A stretch of 64,000 nucleotides of DNA from an uncultured Acidimicrobiaceae bacterium (GTDB taxonomy: Bacteria > Actinomycetota > Acidimicrobiia > Acidimicrobiales > Bog-793). The notes beneath the pieces were generated by a model. That model was not told the origin of the DNA. It saw nothing but the letters and a program-made list of their open reading frames with translations, and did not search any database. This document shows, in pieces, positions 12,331 to 23,976 of the stretch (position 1 is its first letter; every line of letters begins with the position of its first letter). The translations under genes were made by a program, and so were the position numbers. The stretch is from positions 400,205 through 464,204 of the forward strand of contig CAVRXQ010000002.1 of assembly GCA_963725215.1 (NCBI GenBank), in the 5' to 3' direction.

Positions 12331-12585
12331 ATGAACCAGAGCGAAACCCAGGAGGTCGAGGCACCCGAACGTCGAGACGTCAACGTCTTCATCGACGACA
12401 AGAAATACGTCTTCGAGCAGGACGACGTCACCGGTCTACAGATCAAGCAGAAGGCCGGCATCCCCGACGACTACTCCCTGTACCTCCGAAAGCCCGGCGG
12501 AAACGAGCCCATCCGCGACGACGAGCCAGTTGAGCTGCGCGATGGAGAGCACTTCTTCTCCCGCCCGCCTTCCAACGTGTCGTGA
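12331..12585 (+). CDS. multiubiquitin-type ubiquitin-like (beta-grasp) protein
   Basis: RBS AAAGGAGG then ATG 12331; VNVFIDDKKY..VTGLQIKQKAGIP.DYSLY...I.DDE.V.LRDGEHFFS pattern typical of Multi_ubiq; upstream of E2 and E1 genes. Confidence 0.8.
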   Translation: MNQSETQEVEAPERRDVNVFIDDKKYVFEQDDVTGLQIKQKAGIPDDYSLYLRKPGGNEPIRDDEPVELRDGEHFFSRPPSNVS

Positions 12586-12956
12586 CCGAGGAGGAGTTCG
12601 AGGCGGGTGTTGCTGCGGTTCAGCGCGAGTACGCCGAAACACGCGTGCTGAGCCGAGAAGGCACCACGCGTCCGCTTCGAGTAGCGCCCATCCCGATCCC
12701 CACCGACTTCTGGGGAGGCGGTACGACTCGCCTCCTCGTGGTCTTCGACCTCGCAACTCACGAATCGCAGCGGCCACCCGGCTTCCTCGGCGACGAATGG
12801 AAACTGCCCGGCGGCGGCGCCCCCGTGAACGCGCAGCCCTCCTACCAGTTCGGCGAGGCGTGGCAGACCTACTCGTGGACATTCCGGTGGCCACCGGCGC
12901 TCAGCGTCCTGCAAACCGTCGAGGCGTACCTAGGCCGGTTCGATGACCACCGTTGA
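12582..12956 (+). CDS. prokaryotic E2-like protein (Prok-E2 family E-like), no cysteine
   Basis: GTGA overlap with Ubl stop; PIP..W...TTRLLV, PPGF, G.AWQTYSW..W pattern; 124 aa between Ubl and E1. Confidence 0.6.
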   Translation: MTEEEFEAGVAAVQREYAETRVLSREGTTRPLRVAPIPIPTDFWGGGTTRLLVVFDLATHESQRPPGFLGDEWKLPGGGAPVNAQPSYQFGEAWQTYSWTFRWPPALSVLQTVEAYLGRFDDHR

Positions 12957-14316
12957 TCTTCGTGTTCCAGGCGATGTGCAGCGCACGATGTTCACCGACT
13001 TGACGCGTGATCGCGAGTGGGCGGGCTACCTCATGTGCGGTGTGCACCAAGGTTCGGGTCACGACCTGCTTCTCGGCCGTGCCTGGCACCCCGTGCCGCC
13101 GAAGATGCAGATCACGGGCACCCGCCACGGATTCAGTTGGCACTCCGACTTCGACGTTGAGATGCTCAACCTCGCTCAGCGCGACAACCTCGCATGTGCC
13201 GTCTTTCACTACCACGGGGGCGCACGGCCATCGCTCGGGCATACCAGCGACCGCCAAACCGCCAACTCGCTCATGCCCTTTCTCTCCCGCGAGGCTCCCG
13301 ACCGGCCCCACGTCTTCGGTGTCCTCGGCGATCATGCGGCCACCGGGCTGGTCTTTCGTGACGGCGCCGAAGTCGGCTCGCTCTCCTCGTTCCGCGTAAG
13401 CACGCAATGCATCGACGACTGGAGTACGGGATCGACTCTTCCTCGGATCAGGAGTGACGGCGAACGTCACGATCGTTTGATCCGAGGGTTCGGGCCCCAT
13501 GCACACGAGCGCCTGCGTCGAACAACGGTCGGGCTCGTGGGGTGTGGAGGCGGAGGCTCTCATGTCGTCCAACAGCTCGCCTATCTCGGCGTCGGGTCGC
13601 TCCTTCTCGTCGATGCCGACATCGTCGAGACCTCCAACCTCAACCGCCTCATTGGCGCTCATCCCGCTCGCGCGAGCCGCTCACTCGTCGCCCGACTCCT
13701 TGGCCGTGGACGCGGGGACGTCGGATTGCCAAAGGTGACGGTCATGCAACGCATGGTCAACGCCATCGACGAGACGATCGACGTCACCTGCATCCAAGAG
13801 GCATTTCCCACCACCTCGACCGTCGAGGCTCTACGGCGCGTCGATATTCTCGTCGCCTGCCTCGACAAGTTGAGCGTCCGAGACGACCTCAACCGCCTCG
13901 CGAAGCGCTATCTCATCCCGCTCGTTGACATCGGCATCGAGATCACGCCAGATCCAGCCAAACCCGGCAGCATCTACGCGGTTCCGGGCCGGATCACCAA
14001 AGTCCTCGCCGACGGCCCATGCCTTCGCTGCCAAGGAGTGATCGACGAGAGCAAGTTGGAGCGCGAGCGAGGCGGACGCCCCAGAGGGTACGAGGGACCG
14101 GCTCGACTTCCTGACCCCGCCGTCGTCACCCTGAACGGGATTGTCGCGTCGATAGCCGCGACCGAGGTTCTCCGACTCATCACGAGCTTCGAGATCGAGC
14201 GCACCCCGAATTGTGGCTGGCTCTACGACGGGCTAACGGGTGCTATCGAAGGTGTGACCAAACGCTACGACGCTTCCCGAATTTGCGAGGTCGATCGAGG
14301 AGCAGGGGATCCGTGA
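12943..14316 (+). CDS. JAB-like domain fused to ThiF/E1 adenylation domain
   Basis: N-terminal REWAGY...HYH..S....SD JAB-like motif; GCGGGGS, DADIVETSNLNR, CLD, D.G, CLRC, PAVVTLNG ThiF motifs. Confidence 0.85.
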   Translation: MTTVDLRVPGDVQRTMFTDLTRDREWAGYLMCGVHQGSGHDLLLGRAWHPVPPKMQITGTRHGFSWHSDFDVEMLNLAQRDNLACAVFHYHGGARPSLGHTSDRQTANSLMPFLSREAPDRPHVFGVLGDHAATGLVFRDGAEVGSLSSFRVSTQCIDDWSTGSTLPRIRSDGERHDRLIRGFGPHAHERLRRTTVGLVGCGGGGSHVVQQLAYLGVGSLLLVDADIVETSNLNRLIGAHPARASRSLVARLLGRGRGDVGLPKVTVMQRMVNAIDETIDVTCIQEAFPTTSTVEALRRVDILVACLDKLSVRDDLNRLAKRYLIPLVDIGIEITPDPAKPGSIYAVPGRITKVLADGPCLRCQGVIDESKLERERGGRPRGYEGPARLPDPAVVTLNGIVASIAATEVLRLITSFEIERTPNCGWLYDGLTGAIEGVTKRYDASRICEVDRGAGDP

Positions 14317-14463
14317 CATCGGGCGCGGACGGCTAATCCAGTCCATCCCGATCGCCAAGCACCAACGAGTCGATCATCGGCTCGGCCGGCAAACGTGCCA
14401 ACGCCTTCACGATCCTTGCAATGGTGTGCGGAGACACCGGATTGCGCAGCGGAAGCTCGCGCC

Positions 14464-17400
14464 CTACTCGAAGTCTTGGCTCTTCGCTCCAAGCTGTTGA
14501 GCGTTCTCACCGACGACCCGCCTGACACGTTCGTCGAAGCGAGACGACGAAGCATTGATTTCGAGCGTCATTTCGACCGACCCGCCTGGAGCCTCGGCCA
14601 AATGTTGCACAACGTTGCGCAAGATCTCCTCCAACTGCCGGATCCCACGCACTGTGTCGAGTGGAAAACGACCGTAGAAGAATGTCGGATCGCCCGCAGT
14701 GTCCGCACCGAACAAATCGGATGGCGTCGATGCCGTACCGTCGGCGGCAACGCCAGATCCACGCTCATTCGATGACGGAGCGCCATCGCGCGCCTCGGAA
14801 TCTCGGGTGAGTTGCTCGCTCGCCGCATCAGGCGCCACGACGACCCCGCTCTTGCTGGCCGTCACGAGTTGAGCTGTGGCAAGCCCGACCCATCGAGATC
14901 CATCGAACACGTCCGCGTAGGCAAAGGTTTCGAGCTCCCAATCAATCTTCGCGACTCCGTCCGAGATCGCACGGGCCAAAACATCGAACGAAGCCAAGAC
15001 GCGGAAGGTAAAGGAACTGGCAGTAGGCCTTCCACAGTGCATCGACAGCGATATCGTGCCGCTCCGTCCATAGCGGGATGCGATCGAGATCCATCCGCAC
15101 ACGGGTTCCCCCGTAATGGTGATGAGGCGTTCTTCGCATTCGAGCTTCTTCGCAATCCGCTCGGCCAGAATTCCAACTCCGGTCGGTTTGGTCTGGTGCC
15201 AGCGGATCTCCCGGGTTCCCGGGGTCTGTTCCGGTACGAGAACGTGTTGGTAGGTCTCGGCGATCCGGTGGGTGACGGTCTCAGCGGTCTCGGAGAGCTT
15301 GGAGTCGCCTGGGCTTCGTCGCTGCGGTCAGTTCGAGCTTCTGTGTTGTGGTCGTCGAGGATCGACTTCCACGCGAAGTACTGGCGAGCGGCGGTGCGCA
15401 GCTCGGCGAGCCGTGCCTCTGATGCGGCGCTGAACACGAGCATGTTGCGGTTCAACCGAGGACCGGCGTTTCGTTGACAAAGGATTGATCGGCCATCGCG
15501 ATAGCCGGGGACTCATCCACGTTCGGAACGTGATGAGCTGTGGCTGGAAGCACAACGAGGTGTACGCCGTCGTCGTCGTCGGTGACGTCACCTGGACCGT
15601 CAGGGAAGGCGTGCACAGCGGCGAAGGGTCCGGGCGAGTCCGCCTTCTGCAGCCGCCGTTTGATCTCATCGTCGGCGTTGTCATCGGTGAAGTTGGAGAT
15701 GGCCCGATCGGCGGCGAGGCGCGTGATGTTTGCGCGCAGCGAGTACCAGTACTGGGCACCGTCGACGTAGAGGTAGGTGGCATCGCCGGAGAGTCGACGC
15801 AGTGCATCGGCGAAGGTGCCCGGCGCTTCGCCGGGCTGGGCAACACCGAGCGTGATCAGCTTGAGGTCGATACCACGCCGAGCCTCCTCTCGGGGTGCGG
15901 AGGCAAGGTAGACAGCACGAGCAACGCGGCGGGTGGCGGAATAGCGGCCGAGATTGGTGTTGTGCTGGTCGAGATGCAACGGAAGTGCGTTCGCGCCGTC
16001 GATGTCGGTGCGGATCACGGGGTCCCAGCCATCTTCGAGGTACTTGGTGAGTTCGGAGTTCACCTCGGGTCGTCCATCGGGATCGTGCCCGGCATGATCA
16101 GCAGGTTCTGGTCGCCCCGTTGCCACAGCACGGAGATCACCGTCGCCATGAGCCGCAGCACACCGCGGGTTCGCTGGAAGCGATCGAGCGTGGACCAGTC
16201 CTTGTACAGCCGGTCGAAGAGCTCAGGGTGGATCGGATAGGAGAGCTCCATCCGTCGTCGATAGTCGCCATCGGCGACCTCGCTGGGAAAGTCGGCTTCG
16301 TTCTCTCGGTAGTAGTCACAGAACGCCTTGATCACGCCGTCACGGACCCGAGCGTTCTCCGGGGTCATCGGCTCGAACAGCCGCCGGCGAACGATCTCGA
16401 AGCTCTCGTCGTCTTCGGCTGGCTTCCATTGAGCAGAATTGCGACGAACGACGTTGCGGAGCCGTGCCAGGGCCTCCTGGCCCTTGTCGCCGCCGACCTC
16501 GATGTCACTCGCCGGGATTGACACCAGCACGACGACGTTGGGCACGGACGCTGCGGCTTCAGTGAGCGCTTGCGCGAACGTGAACTGGGTGTCGAAGTGT
16601 CCGCCCACGACCTGCGCCTCGGCCTCGCGGGACGGAAGCTGCGGGCATACCAACCCACTCATCGATCAGAACAATCGATGGGCCGGCCAGCCGGAAAAGG
16701 TCGATGAGTTTGTTACCGGGGTTCGACCCGAGAGGTCTTCCGCCTCGACGAGCTGGTAGCCCTCAAGCCCGCGAGTTGGTAGGCGATCTCTCCCCAGATC
16801 GTGTGGATCGCCGTGCCGTCAGGCTTCACCGAGGGTGAAGCTGCTGAAATCCACTGCCCCACGACGACCGCTCGCGCAATCTTGTCCGGCAGCGACAACT
16901 CGTGCTCGGCAAACAACTCGCCCATCCCTGGAAGCTCGGCAGCCTTCATGCCCGACGCCAGATGGTACAGCGCAATCATCGAGTGCGTCTTGCCGCCACC
17001 GAAGTTGGTCTGCAGGTCGATGACCGGGTCGCCGTCCTCGCCGCTCAACCGCCGTGCCGCCCCGATCAACAGTTCACGTAGACCGTTCGTGAGATACGTG
17101 CGGCCGAAGAACGCGACCGGATCCTGGTACTCCAGGTCCGCGTTACCCGTGGCTACCTGGTAGAGGTCAGCAGCAAACTCAGCTTGCTTCAAACGGCCAC
17201 TCGCCACATCAGCGTGGGGGGTGATGATTTCTCGCCAGGGCGTGAAGCCCTTGAGCGGCTCGCCCTCGGTTGGCCTCGCCGCCGTCTTGCGGCGTTCCGA
17301 TCGCGCCTGCTCATCGAACAGCTGGCGCTGCAGATCCCGCTTGAGACCCTGAACAATCCTCACCTGCTCCGCGGCGCTGAACGCCTCCAGAAGTCGCTCT

Positions 17401-17726
17401 GCCGTATCGAGCATCCGATATGTGTCATCGGTCGAGAACTGGCCCTGGTGCGCCCACTTGTTTCGCGCTTCACGCAGCTCGCTCGTGTAGCCGCGCTCGG
17501 ACTGACCCAACCGCTGCCGCCACACTTCCTGCCAAGTGTTCTGCATTGCCTTCAGCAGAAAGATCAGATCGTTCGGATCCGCTACGCCAACAGCGCCCCG
17601 ATCTCGGCCGTTCATCTCGTCGAGCCAGCCTGGCCCGTAGGCGGCCTTCCATGCCGCTTCGCAGACAGGACGGATACCATCGCGCACCGCGTCGAGCCCC
17701 CGACTTACTCGTTCGTTGTTAGGCAT
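14464..17726 (-). pseudogene. Swt1-like HEPN plus DUF499 ATPase, split by several frameshifts
   Basis: ELREARNKWAH; PWREIITPH.DV..G....AEFAADL; LQTNFGGGKTHSM Walker A; SYPIHPELFDRLY, FQRTRGVLRLMA; spread over ORFs 16713, 16060, 15452, 14862, 14464. Confidence 0.85.
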
Positions 17727-17748
17727 TACCACGGCGACACGCACTCCA

Positions 17749-20491
17749 TCAGAACAACGTCCCGATCTCGTCACGCACGCTCGGCGACGTCGCGGCGAGT
17801 TTCGTGATCTCGGGCCAGGCGGTGGCCAGCATGTTGTAGGCGCCTGCCTCGTCGGCCCATTTTTTACGATCGCAGACGCCATATAGAAGATAGGCAAGCT
17901 GTCGTGCCCGAGCACCGAGGCCGCCACCTAACCGTGCAAGTAGGCGTGCTGCTTCGACTTCGCTACGGTCGACAGCGCGAATCAAGTGCTGCGTCGTCTC
18001 CCAGACGGTAAGGCGCCGGTCGGTCGCCGGATCCCAGCCCTCAGGCAACTCGGAGCGCTCAACCAGCCGAACCTTGCCATCCCGGCTGACGACAACACCA
18101 GCCTCGACAACACCAGCGACGTCGTGTCTTTCGCACGTGCCAGGAGGTCTGCGTTTCCGAACGGACCTGGGTTATGGCCATATTGCTCAAACCAGGTGAG
18201 GCGAAACGGGTGTCCGCATCGAACTCTGATTCCTCGCCGCTCAGCGCCTCGGCCAGCACCTCATTGATTAGGCCCAGGGCCGAGCTGACTGTCATCGGTC
18301 TCCCGTCGGCCTCGACGACCTTCGCATATCTGGAGAAAATGGCAATGCCTGGGCCCATCGCCGATTGGGCGAGGTCGACAGGGGCAATGTTCTCGACCTG
18401 TAGCAATCGCACTGCCGGCTCAAGTTCGGTGCGCAATGCGCCAATGAACTCGCCCCTCGTGGCCATCGGAGCGGTTGTCACGCGTGGCCTACAGGTAAGG
18501 ACAACCGACGAGGCCAAGGAGTTTCGCCGAGCATTGCGAACCCCGCCGGTCATCTCGGTTCGGATGGGCCACGTCGCGGTAATGGCCAGTCCGGCATCGA
18601 GGACGCCCTCCAGGAACGTCTCCCATCCCGTCGACGTATGACCGTCATCGGTCGACTCCGTCGCCTTGAAGGCATAGAAGATGGATGCGGGGTAGCGAGG
18701 GTCAGATCGAGGGATTGCGGCACGGAAGACTCTCTTGATTCCGTTCTCGAAATGCTCCTTTGCCGCCTGTCGCCCTCCGAACCGATACTGGTCAGCAACC
18801 AACTCTTCTGTCTTTGGCGTCAAGATTGTTGCGAACTCATCCGGCCATATCGGCCCAAGAGTCCGTCGCATCCAGACGTAGAAGAAGTCGGAAATATCTG
18901 AATACGGAACGTTGTCGTAGTACGGGGGGTCAGTCGAGAGAACGAACCTCTCCACCTCGCCTATGCGTGCTTCCCGCGTCGCGCTCCGCGACGGTTGCAG
19001 TCGAGTTCATCGGCAGATGCAAGAGCGCCTTCGTGACCCAGTCGATTTGGCCACTCCAGCCACCTGTAGCCGTGGAGAACGGATTCGCCTCCGTGAATGC
19101 CCAGGTCATCTGGATGGTTTGCATGCGAAATAGGTGTTCCAGCGTCTCGCGCAAAGGGTGCCAGATTGAGAGGGAATTCCAACGACTGATCGCTCGATCG
19201 AGGACGAAGGCTAGGTACATGGTCACTGCCTCGGAGTAGGCAAGCGCTCCGTCGCCACCCGAAGCCAAGGGCAAACCAAGTTCCATCTCCCTTCGGGCGG
19301 CATCCGAAAGGATCACCTCCCTCAGTTCGTCTAACGATCGGCAAAAGGCGTCTATCGCCAGTCGTTGCCGCGGGAGAAAGAGCTTCCACCATTCGTCCAA
19401 GCCATATCTGGGTGTGCCCATGTATTGCGAGTGGGTCGACATGGCGCCTGTTGGGCGCCAGCAGTCTCGGGCATCAACTGCCGCTGCCTCCGAATCCGCG
19501 GGAGTCGGAGACAAATACACGCGACCGCGGGCGCCCTGCACGGCAACCGCGATGAGATGCTGTGTGAGGCGGCCGGCCATCCCCTCGCTCTTGATGTAAT
19601 CGTTCGGGATCGCGGCGCCGGTCGCAATGCAAGTTCCATTACCTCGGGCGATGGTCCCTGGGATCGGATTGCCGCCCTCACGGACGTGGTAGGTGATGTG
19701 ACCGTTTTCAATAACAGGCTCTACCCACACTGTCGGCCTTCCGGGCTTCTTGACGAGTGTCCAAGATCCGACCAGCGGGACATCCCCATTCCACGAGGGA
19801 TCAGGGGACTGCACTGCTCGCGCCCAGAACCATGCCAGTACGTCGCCGCCCCCATACGGTGAGGGCGGGTGGGGGTAAAGCTTCCCTACTTCGGCCTGTG
19901 CCATGTCACCCAGCTTCGATCCGTATGCCTCAACGTCTGCAGCAAGGCCGCTGGCACCCTCCCAATCCGCAAGCTGAGCCGGGACCTCTGGGTTGACCGG
20001 GGATCGCCCCGAGAATCGTTGGGGAACCTCAAGCATCGCCCGCTGGATCATGACTGCCACCGGGTTGAGATCCCCCGAATGCGTATCGAGTCCGAGGCGC
20101 ACGGCTTCGACGGGAATCGCGCCCCCCCTGCAAACGGGTCGAGGATTATGGGCAGGTCGCCATCGCAGGACTTCTCGATCTCGGCCCTCGCTTCGCTGAG
20201 GACGCGCTGGTCGTTCGACGCCTGCCAAGGCACAAGTCGTTCAAGGATGTCGAAGAGTCGTTTGCGCTCGACGAGCTGATCTTCTTGGGTGGGGAATCTG
20301 TCTGGATGAGATGAGGGATCATCCACGAGTGAGGCCCAAAGCACGGCACGTGCGGCAGCGAGCGGGCGCCTAGCCCACCACAAGTGCAGGGTTGACGGAT
20401 GACCGTGGCGGATCGACTTCTCTCGTGCCGACTCCTCGTTGATCTTCGCCAGTGGAAGCGCGACCTCGATGAGCTTCTTCTTGTAGGTCAT
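17749..20491 (-). pseudogene. DUF1156-family DNA adenine methyltransferase, frameshifted
   Basis: [44 protein letters not shown]; pieces 20048, 18930, 18059, 17749. Confidence 0.88.
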
Positions 20492-23400
20492 TGGGGCTCC
20501 ACGGCGAAGGGCATGAGTTCAGCGACATCGAGGGGCACGTAGGTCTGCGCAAAGTGCAGCTCGTATCTGTCGAACGGCCGAATGAAGTAGTTCACAGTCG
20601 GCTGGCCATGTGGCTCGTTCGGGACGCGCACGACGGCAAGGCGGAAGCGCTCCGGGTTCTGTTGCGCCTGGCGCACCTGGCGAGCACGAACCTTGATCTC
20701 CGGTGTGTCGGGCCGATGGCCCTTGACCTCGATCTGGTACACCCTGCCACTGCGGGGGTCTTCCGAAAGGATGTCGAATCCTGGGTTGTTGTGATCCTGT
20801 TCGACGGGGAAGCGGCCAAGGACTCTTTCGGCCGCCATGACCGCGGCGACCGCACGGCGGTCCGTTTCGACGATCACGTCGTAGTCGATCTCGCGAGGTT
20901 GTTCGCCGCGCAGGCGTTGGATCAGACCAATGGGAATGACGAGCGCCGCTGCCACGACCGTCGGCGCATGGTTGACGAGGTCGGCTTCGAGATCGAGTTC
21001 GCGAAGGCGGCGGGCTTTGCGAGCTTCGAGGTCGTCGGCGCGTTGACGAGCGCGGCCTGAGTTGAGGCGGGGTTTCTTGCCGTGAAGCTCCTGCTGCTTG
21101 AGTTCAGCCGCGCGGGCGTCCCAATAGCGGATCTCGCTGTTGAGGCGTTCTTCGACGGCGCGCCGTGTGCGTTCGATCCGGGTGCGTGTGATGTCGGCCA
21201 CCTCGGCGTAGTGGGGTGTGGCGAGGTTGGCAGTGGCCCAACTCCGACCGGTGAGATCAATGCCGTCATTCGCCCAGGTCGTGTCGAGACCGGAGAGAAG
21301 CTTGCTCGTGGTGTCGTCGAGGGGCTCATAGTTGAGATACGGCTCGGCGCCAGGATCGGTGATGGCGCCGTGCTCGGTGATCTCGACGAACTGGAACCGC
21401 CGGGACACGATCCTGCGGCCGCCCCGTTCAAGACGGCCGTCAGTGATGGCGTGTTCGAGATAGATGAGGGCGCGGACGGTGTCGCTGTCGTCAGTCGGGT
21501 CGATGAGCGTCGTGCCAGCAGGAAGGGTGGCGCCGTGCCGGTCGAGCGTGGGTCGCGATTAGTGCGTTGAGCAGCGGGTGCCCAGGGCTGAGCAATTCGG
21601 CTCGGGTCCCGGCTGGACCGATCGAGACGTACCCGGTGTCGAAAGTGACGCGTTCGTAAGCGTTTTGGAGAGGGCCACCGGCGGCGACTTCACCGGTCGC
21701 GGGAGCGAACGGTCGCGGGAATGCGGGTGATCTCGAACCGGCCCGTCTCGCGGGGTGCGATTCGTCCGCCGACGTCGTCGAGCGCGGCGCGGAAGAATGC
21801 TTCGATGAAGGCTGGTTGAAGCTTGCGGGAAAGCGCTTCTTCCATTCGGTGGCGGATCTCGGTGATGCTCGACGGGTCGAGCACGTTCGTGGCCAGCGCG
21901 CGTTCATCGAGGACTGTCTTCAGCCGGTCGCCGATCTGCGAGTCGATGACCTCGTCGACGCGGCGATGACGGCCGGGTCCTTGCCGTACTGGATGGCTTC
22001 GAGGAGCAGCTCCTGTAGCGACCGATTGATCTCGGCGTCGCCGAGAATGTCGTAAACCTGATCCCCGTACGTCTCGCGTTGTGTTTCGATCTTAGCGAAG
22101 AGCCTCTCGAACACAACACCCTCTCTGGTGCCATGGGCTACGAGGTTCCAGAGGTGACAGACCTGTTCCTGGCCGATGCGGTGGATACGTCCGAAACGCT
22201 GTTCGATCCGATTCGGATTCCATGGCAGGTCGTAGTTCACCATCAAGTTCGCGCGCTGCAGGTTGACACCCTCGCCGGCGGCGTCGGTTGCGACGAGCAC
22301 CTTGACCGCCGGGTCGTTGCGGAACGCGTCCTGTATCCGGCGACGGTCCTCGCGCTCTTATGCCACCATGAATCGTCACGACTGCTTCGGGCTTGCCGAG
22401 CAGAGTGCGGATGCGCCCTTCCAAGTAGTTGACGGTGTCTCGGTGCTCGCTGAAGACGATCAGCTTGGTGGGATCGCCAGGAGCGTTGAATACGTCGGAT
22501 TGAAGGATCGTGCGCAGCTCAACCCACTTGCGGTCCTCCCCCGAGGCACGCACATCGGCGGCAAGGTCTTCGAGGAGTCGCAGTTCCGCGACCTCGCGCT
22601 CGGAGTTCTGCGATCGACTCGGCAGTCATTGCGCTCTCGATGGCTTCGTCTTCGAGGTTCTCAAACTCCTCATCGTCGAAGTCGTCAACATCGAAGCCGT
22701 CCGGATCGGCAAGACGTCCTCCGACGCGTTGCACCTCGGCAATTTCTCCGGAGCGTTGGGCATCGCTGAGCTGTTTGATGAGCTTGTCCTTGCGGCGCCG
22801 CAATGACTGGTAGATCGCCTCGGGTGACGACGCGAGCCGACGCTGCAGCGCAATGAGCGCGAATCCAACTGCGAGCCCACGGCGCCTGTCGCCACCATCT
22901 TGCATCGCCTGCGCCCGACCCATCCCTTCTCGCACGTAGTCGGTCACTGCTTCATAAAGGCGTTCTTCCAAGTCACTGAGGTCGTAATCACGGTCTTGGC
23001 GACGCGTCGGGGAACAGGCGCTTGCCCTCGAACGTGAGGAGGTTCTCCTTCACGTACCGGCGCATGATGTCGGAGACGTCGGGAACCTTGGCGGCGTGGC
23101 GCAGCCGCCCCGCGAAACGGTCGGGGTCGAGAACGAGAGGAACAACAGGAAGTCCTCGTTGCTGCCGCTGTGCGGCGTCGCAGTTAGCAGCAACAGATTG
23201 CGGGCGTGATCACGCAGCAGTTCACCGAGCGAGAAGCGCAGCGTCCGTGTGACCTCGTCGCCGTAAAGATGTGCCGACATCTTGTGTGCTTCGTCAACGA
23301 CCACGAGGTCCCAATCCGTGACACGCGAACTTCGCTTGGAGGTCTTCGCCTCTGGACAGTTGATCGAGTCGTGCGATCAGCAGGTTCTCTCTCGATGAAG

Positions 23401-23976
23401 GGGTTGCCGGTCCGGGATTCTTCGACCAGCGTGCGGCCCATAGCCGAAACCTCATTCCGAACTTGCTCGTCGAGTTCCTCTTGCCATTGCTCGACAATAC
23501 TTCCGGGGGCCACGATCAGGCAGCGGTCGAGGTCGCCACGGAGCATTGGCTCGCGAATGAAGAGCCGGACATGATGTCTGCCGGCTCCAGGGACATCGGC
23601 GAGCAGGAATCGGAGCGGCTGTAGTGGCAAAAGACGGTTGTAGACCGCTTCGATCTGGTGCGGAAGAGGTCGGATCGTCGATGATGCGACCCCGGCATAC
23701 GGGTCAAACAGGTGTGCCAGTTGGATCCGCCGTGCTTCACTGGCGAGCTTGAAGGCGGCTCCGTCCGCGTCGAAGGTCCAGCGAGGGCCAGACGCCACCT
23801 CGATCGCTGCCGCCTGATCGCAGCGAGAAGGCGATCTCCGATCTGGCCGTCGTCTGCCCGGTAGACGACATTGAGATCCCGTCCCCGTGCGGCTCGACGG
23901 CGACGATCGTCACGTCGCCGCCGGCGACAAGACCACGGACCCGAAGGCCCGCCTTGAGTTCGTGGAGTTCGATCAT
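20488..23976 (-). pseudogene. SNF2-family helicase with C-terminal DUF3883 (PD-(D/E)xK) nuclease, frameshifted
   Basis: [84 protein letters not shown]...IEVKG. Confidence 0.88.

Noticed and set aside
12331-14316. ThiS/MoaD-ThiF sulfur-transfer or CBASS Cap2/Cap3 interpretation
   Set aside because: No GG tail, rhodanese, cofactor biosynthesis genes or CD-NTase nearby; an E2-like gene and defence context are present
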